Shown here in pieces: positions 28,201 through 32,000 of a stretch of DNA of 32,000 nt. The DNA comes from Candidatus Iainarchaeum sp. (GTDB lineage Archaea > Iainarchaeota > Iainarchaeia > Iainarchaeales > CSSED10-239): positions 15,505 to 47,504 of the forward strand of contig JAQVTI010000006.1 of NCBI GenBank assembly GCA_028700115.1. The letters run 5' to 3'. The position numbers and the translations under genes were made by a program. The notes below the pieces were generated by a model, which saw only the letters and a list, made by a program, of their open reading frames with translations, ran no database searches and was not told the origin of the DNA. The first letter of the stretch is position 1; every line of letters begins with the position of its first letter.

Positions 28201-28260
28201 TCTAAAAAAATTAGATTTCCTGAGAATCTTAAAATAAGAAAATTATATAGAATTTTATGA
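25231..28260 (+). CDS. Long coiled-coil protein frame interrupted by a single in-frame TAA at 25387-25389 (readthrough, nonsense mutation or assembly error)
   Basis: ATG 25231 MPLRRPISKKQIKPNF...RELERQK* then the same frame is open without ATG through 26094 and continues as the listed 26095..28260 ORF. About 1008 sense codons in total. Confidence 0.55.
26410..26830 (+). repeat. Four tandem 108-bp (36-aa) repeats inside the coiled-coil gene
   Basis: Units start at 26410, 26518, 26626 and 26734: EITKQLEKVESEHK(EN/RT/DY)FLQYGVANVLEQKPSLEALS; nearly identical at DNA level. Confidence 0.97.
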
Positions 28261-28374
28261 TTTTTACTTTCTTGGTCAAAAGCCCTTTTATTCTATTTAT
28301 AAACTTTTTTAATATAATTTCTATATCTTTTTATAGTCTATTGTTATTTATATAAATAAGATAAAAGAGATTGT

Positions 28375-29961
28375 ATGATTGAAGAATATGTTGAGCATAA
28401 GAATATAGTTTCTAAGAAAATAAAAAAGAGATTATATCAAGAGCTTTTAACTGCAAAAGCATTAGAAACAAACTCTTTAGTTGTAGCTCCAACTGGTCTT
28501 GGAAAAACAATAGTAGCTGTTTTATTAATTGCATATAAATTTGATATAAAAAAAAACATTTTATTTCTAGCTCCAACTAAACCTTTAGTTACTCAACATA
28601 AAAAATCACTAGATTCTTTACTTACAATTTCAGAAGATGATATTTTACTTCTTACTGGACAGACTAAGCCAGAAGATAGAAAAAAAATATATTCTCAAAA
28701 AGGAAAAGTTATTTGTGCAACTCCTCAAACAATAAATAATGATCTTAAAAAAGGATTAATTGATATTAATTCTTTTAATATTATAATCTATGATGAAGCA
28801 CATAGAGCAGTTGGAGATTATGCTTATGTTTTAATTGCAAAAGTATTCGAAGAAAATTCTAATTTGAAAAAATTAGCACTTACTGCGTCTCCTGGTTCAA
28901 ATAGAGATAAAATTTCAGAAATTAAAGATAATTTATTTTTAAATCATATTGAAATAAGAACAGATTCTGATTTAGATGTTATTGATTATATTAAAGATGT
29001 AGAAATAGAAGTTATATTTTGTGATTTGGACAAAGTTTCTTTAGAAATTTCAAATATTATAGATTCTTATATTGATTCTAAAATTAATCTTTTAAGAAAG
29101 TTTGGGGTAATTATTCCAAATAACTATTCAAAAAAACAACTTTTAATTTTTCAAGCAAAAATTTTTGAAAAACTCAAATCTTCAAATAATAGTTTGCATT
29201 TTTTAAGTCTTTCAGCAATTTCTTCGGTTTTAAAATTTTATCATGCAAAAGAACTTGTTCAAACTCAAGGTGTAGTTGCTCTTAGAAATTATTTAGATAA
29301 AATTTTTTTAGAATCTAAAGATCAAAAATCTTCAAAAGCAACAAAAGGCATTGTCAATAGTGAAGAGTATAAAAAAATTAGATTAATTTTATTAAAATTA
29401 GATTTTTCAAAACCACTTTATTCAAAAGAAATTAAATTAATAGAAATTGTTTCTTCTTTTATTAAAGAAAATAAAAATTCAAAAGTTTTAATATTTAATA
29501 ATTATAGAGATAATGCTTCTCATTTATCAAATGTTTTAAATACAAATAAATTAATTAAAGCTACACGATTTGTTGGACAAGCAAATAAAGGTTTGTCTGA
29601 TAAAGGTTTATCTCAAAAAGAACAAATTCAAATTATTAAAGACTTTAGAGATAATAAGTTTAATACTTTAGTATGCACTTCAGTTGGTGAAGAAGGACTT
29701 GATATTCCTTCAGTAGATTTAGTAATTTTCTATGATGCTGTTGCCTCAGAGATAAGATCTATTCAGAGAAGAGGAAGAACTGGTAGATTTAATACAGGTA
29801 AAGTATATATTTTGTTAAATAAAGATACAATTGATCAACACTATTATTATGTTTCAATAAATAAAGAAAAGTCAATGAAAAAGACTTTAAAAAATTTTTA
29901 TGATTATAAACCTAGACTAAAAAAGGTTTTAAAAAAACAAAAAACTATAAGAGATTATTAA
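28375..29961 (+). CDS. hef: Hef-type SF2 helicase (helicase part only)
   Basis: NSLVVAPTGLGKTIVAVLL, APTKPLVTQH, IIIYDEAHRAVGDYAYV, LTASPGS, ASEIRSIQRRGRTGRFNTGKVYIL; matches the Hef/FANCM/MPH1 helicase domain. Confidence 0.9.
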   Translation: MIEEYVEHKNIVSKKIKKRLYQELLTAKALETNSLVVAPTGLGKTIVAVLLIAYKFDIKKNILFLAPTKPLVTQHKKSLDSLLTISEDDILLLTGQTKPEDRKKIYSQKGKVICATPQTINNDLKKGLIDINSFNIIIYDEAHRAVGDYAYVLIAKVFEENSNLKKLALTASPGSNRDKISEIKDNLFLNHIEIRTDSDLDVIDYIKDVEIEVIFCDLDKVSLEISNIIDSYIDSKINLLRKFGVIIPNNYSKKQLLIFQAKIFEKLKSSNNSLHFLSLSAISSVLKFYHAKELVQTQGVVALRNYLDKIFLESKDQKSSKATKGIVNSEEYKKIRLILLKLDFSKPLYSKEIKLIEIVSSFIKENKNSKVLIFNNYRDNASHLSNVLNTNKLIKATRFVGQANKGLSDKGLSQKEQIQIIKDFRDNKFNTLVCTSVGEEGLDIPSVDLVIFYDAVASEIRSIQRRGRTGRFNTGKVYILLNKDTIDQHYYYVSINKEKSMKKTLKNFYDYKPRLKKVLKKQKTIRDY

Positions 29962-30033
29962 TTTTAAGGTTTTTATGTAAAGATATGTTTATAACTATTT
30001 GTTATTATTAGTTATTTATAGTTAGGTGGTGTT

Positions 30034-30297
30034 ATGATTAGTAAATCTGTTACTTTAAATTTAAAAGTTTCAAATTATGGTTCTAGGGTTTTAGGAATTA
30101 TTAAAGAAAAATATAGTTTGCATAATAAATCTGAAGCTTTAAATAAATTTATTGAAATGTACGGTGTAGATTTTTTAGAAAGAGAAGTTAGAGAAGAAGT
30201 GGTTAATGATATGATTAAAGAAATTTCTAAGATGAAAAAAAATAAAAAGAAAGAAGTTTCTTTTTCTGATTTAGATAAACTTTGTGGAATTGAATAA
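30034..30297 (+). CDS. Putative ribbon-helix-helix antitoxin
   Basis: Small protein with N-terminal beta-strand and helix pattern (SKSVTLNLKVSNYGSRVLGIIKEKYSLHNKSEALNKFI), directly upstream of a RelE-like gene. Confidence 0.6.
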   Translation: MISKSVTLNLKVSNYGSRVLGIIKEKYSLHNKSEALNKFIEMYGVDFLEREVREEVVNDMIKEISKMKKNKKKEVSFSDLDKLCGIE

Positions 30298-30299
30298 AT

Positions 30300-30575
30300 A
30301 TGTTTAAACCTGTGCTGTCTTCTCAAGTTGAAAATATTTTAATTAAACTTTCAAAAAAAGATAAAAAATTAGTTTTAGAATTAAATAAAAAGATCAAACA
30401 AATTTGTATGTTTGACTCTGAGTTAATTGAGCATTATAAAAATTTAAGAAATGATTTCTCTAATTATAAAAGAGTACATATAGGTAGGTCTTTTGTTCTT
30501 TTATTTCATGTTGATTTTAAATTTGAAAAAATTTATTTTTATAAATTTGATCATCATGATAAAATATATAAATGA
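30300..30575 (+). CDS. Putative RelE/ParE-superfamily toxin
   Basis: FKPVLSSQVENILIKLSKKDKKLVLELNKKIKQI...YKNLRNDFSNYKRVHIGRSFVLLFHVD...IYFYKFDHHDKIY; 2-nt gap after the antitoxin stop. Confidence 0.7.
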   Translation: MFKPVLSSQVENILIKLSKKDKKLVLELNKKIKQICMFDSELIEHYKNLRNDFSNYKRVHIGRSFVLLFHVDFKFEKIYFYKFDHHDKIYK

Positions 30576-30589
30576 GTTAGAGGTGTGTT

Positions 30590-31048
30590 ATGGACTTTTT
30601 AGATTTTTTAATTAAATCAAAAAAAAATACATATGCAAGTTCTAAAATTACAGATAAACTAAATAAAGATGGTTCTAAAGAATTAATTTTTGAAGAAAAT
30701 GAATATAAATATGTGGATAGATATTTTGGATATAACCCTTTTTCTGGACTTGAAGTTGTTTTTAGACAAGATGAATATATTTGGTCTATGTCTTATTATG
30801 GTAGAATAAAGTCTAATGAGGTTTCTGAAAAAGAAGTTTATTCTTTTTTAAAACAAGCTCTTTTAAATGTAAATGAAAATTTTCCTTTAAGAGGTCCTAG
30901 TGTTTTTAAAAAAGAAGATTTTTCTTATTTTTGTGATTATAATGGTTCTTATGAGGACTTTAAAGGAACTGAAAGAATTGAATATAAAGATAAAGTAATT
31001 TACAAATGTGAGTTTATTGGTGGCTTTATTTCAAAAAAATTAATTTAA
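30590..31048 (+). CDS. DUF5680-like domain protein
   Basis: FLDFLIKSKKNTYA, YKYVDRYFGYNPFSGLEVVFRQDEYIWSMSYYGR, PLRGPSVFK, FKGTERI, YKCEFIGGFI. Confidence 0.6.
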   Translation: MDFLDFLIKSKKNTYASSKITDKLNKDGSKELIFEENEYKYVDRYFGYNPFSGLEVVFRQDEYIWSMSYYGRIKSNEVSEKEVYSFLKQALLNVNENFPLRGPSVFKKEDFSYFCDYNGSYEDFKGTERIEYKDKVIYKCEFIGGFISKKLI

Positions 31049-31063
31049 TAAATGTGAATTTAT

Positions 31064-31747
31064 ATGTCTAAGTCTAATAGTAAGTTAATTAAAATAATTT
31101 GTGATCAAAGAGAGAGAGCTTCTCAAGTTATTTCTAAGATTAAATCTTTAGAGTCTTCTTCTTTAAAGATAGATCTTGTTATAGAACAACTTGCTGTTGG
31201 AGATTATATACTTTCAGATGATGTTGTAATTGAGAGAAAAACAATTGCAGATTTAGAATCTTCTATTTTAGATGGAAGAGTTTTTTCTCAATTAAATGAT
31301 TTATCTCAAGTTAAAAAACCAGGAATAATAATTGAAGGAAATTTAGATTTAATTTATAATAATTCTACTAGGCTTGATAAAAAAGCAATAATGGGTTTAT
31401 TTACAACAATTGGTTTGAATTATAAGATTCCTTTATTTTTTACAAAAAATCAAAAAGAAACAGCAGAGATGCTTTATGTAATTTCAAAAAGAGAGCAAAT
31501 TCAAAATGGAAATAATTTATTAAAATTAAGATTTGCAAAATCTAAAATGTCATATTCACAAAGACAGCTTTTTATAGTTGAGTCTTTTCCTGATGTAGGG
31601 CCTACTCTTTCAAGGTCAATTTTAAAAGAGTTTAAAAATATAAAAAATCTTGCAAATGCAACAATAGAAGATTTAAGAAAAGTAAAAAAGTTAGGTCCAA
31701 AAAAAGCTGATAAAATAAAATATTTATTTGAAAGAGATTTTTCTTAG
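31064..31747 (+). CDS. XPF/ERCC4-family nuclease with (HhH)2, corresponding to the C-terminal half of Hef
   Basis: CDQRERASQVISKIK, GDYILSDDVVIERKTIADLESSILDGRVFSQL (ERKxxxD), VGPTLSRSILKEFKNIKNLANATIEDLRKVKKLGPKKADKI. Confidence 0.92.
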   Translation: MSKSNSKLIKIICDQRERASQVISKIKSLESSSLKIDLVIEQLAVGDYILSDDVVIERKTIADLESSILDGRVFSQLNDLSQVKKPGIIIEGNLDLIYNNSTRLDKKAIMGLFTTIGLNYKIPLFFTKNQKETAEMLYVISKREQIQNGNNLLKLRFAKSKMSYSQRQLFIVESFPDVGPTLSRSILKEFKNIKNLANATIEDLRKVKKLGPKKADKIKYLFERDFS

Positions 31748-31817
31748 TTTTTTTATTTTTTTTTAAATACCCTAAAACCATACCTATTTAAATCTTTTTT
31801 TTAATATTATTTTTGAT
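31737..31817 (+). repeat. Copy 2 of the duplicated element, upstream of the pilin-like gene
   Basis: Same orientation, offset 20263 bp from copy 1; starts inside the last codons of the XPF nuclease gene. Confidence 0.85.
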
Positions 31818-31822
31818 AACTT

Positions 31823-32000
31823 ATGTTTTTAAACTTTTTACCCTTTTCAAAATCCAAATCTATAAGTCCATTGATCGCAACCGTTTTAATAATTTTAATA
31901 TCTTTAGCTTTGGTTGTTATTGTTTTAAACTTTTCAAAAGGCTTTACAAATACTCATCTTTCAGATTCTTCTTCTATAACAGTTTTTCAATCAAGTGATG
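31823..32000 (+). CDS. Archaeal type IV pilin-like protein, truncated by the window edge (absent from the ORF track)
   Basis: ATG 31823: MFLNFLPFSKSKSISPLIATVLIILISLALVVIVLNFSKGFTNTHLSDSSSITVFQSSD...; class III/pilin-type N-terminus; TATA-like ctatttaaat ~30-40 nt upstream. Confidence 0.7.
   Translation, partial: MFLNFLPFSKSKSISPLIATVLIILISLALVVIVLNFSKGFTNTHLSDSSSITVFQSSD

Noticed and set aside
30075-30326. Minus-strand ORF of 83 aa
   Set aside because: Antisense to the putative antitoxin gene.
31813-31998. Plus-strand ORF of 61 aa in the supplied track
   Set aside because: Wrong frame; the frame from 31823 encodes a coherent pilin-type N-terminus.
1-32000. tRNA genes
   Set aside because: Looked for GTTCRANYC/T-loop and acceptor-stem pairs in the main intergenic regions and found no convincing cloverleaf by eye; a tRNAscan-SE run would be decisive.

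Overview
AT-rich (roughly 75% A+T by eye) chromosomal segment of an archaeon, most likely a DPANN-type lineage. Evidence: TBP, L21e, Rpo4/RpoF, DUF655-KsgA, archaeal L1-L10-L12, LSm, AglB, AMP phosphorylase, archaeal MinD. Genes are short, tightly packed and often overlap by ATGA. Housekeeping blocks: HerA-like ATPase; UppP/DUF457; thioredoxin-AMP phosphorylase; L21e-rpoF-DUF655-ksgA; tbp; lone 5S rRNA; aglB-GPT; NreA-like protein with a C-terminal PIP box; NYN-DUF2226-like-roadblock-like-MinD-LSm-membrane protein; enolase; L1-L10-L12. The right third is the most unusual part. It has (i) a very long coiled-coil protein frame (25231..28260) with one in-frame TAA after 52 codons and four near-identical 108-bp internal repeats, and (ii) Hef present as separate helicase and XPF nuclease genes, with a RHH/RelE-like toxin-antitoxin pair and a DUF5680-like gene between them. 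Several non-coding signals are not explained by the ORF track: twin terminator-like hairpins overlapping stop codons, an ~81-bp duplicated promoter-like element, a 7x12-bp array in a promoter region, a 19-bp triplication carrying start codons, an L1 leader that could sequester its start, and a pilin-like CDS running off the right edge. I found no CRISPR array and no convincing tRNA. All family calls are by motif recognition, without database searches.
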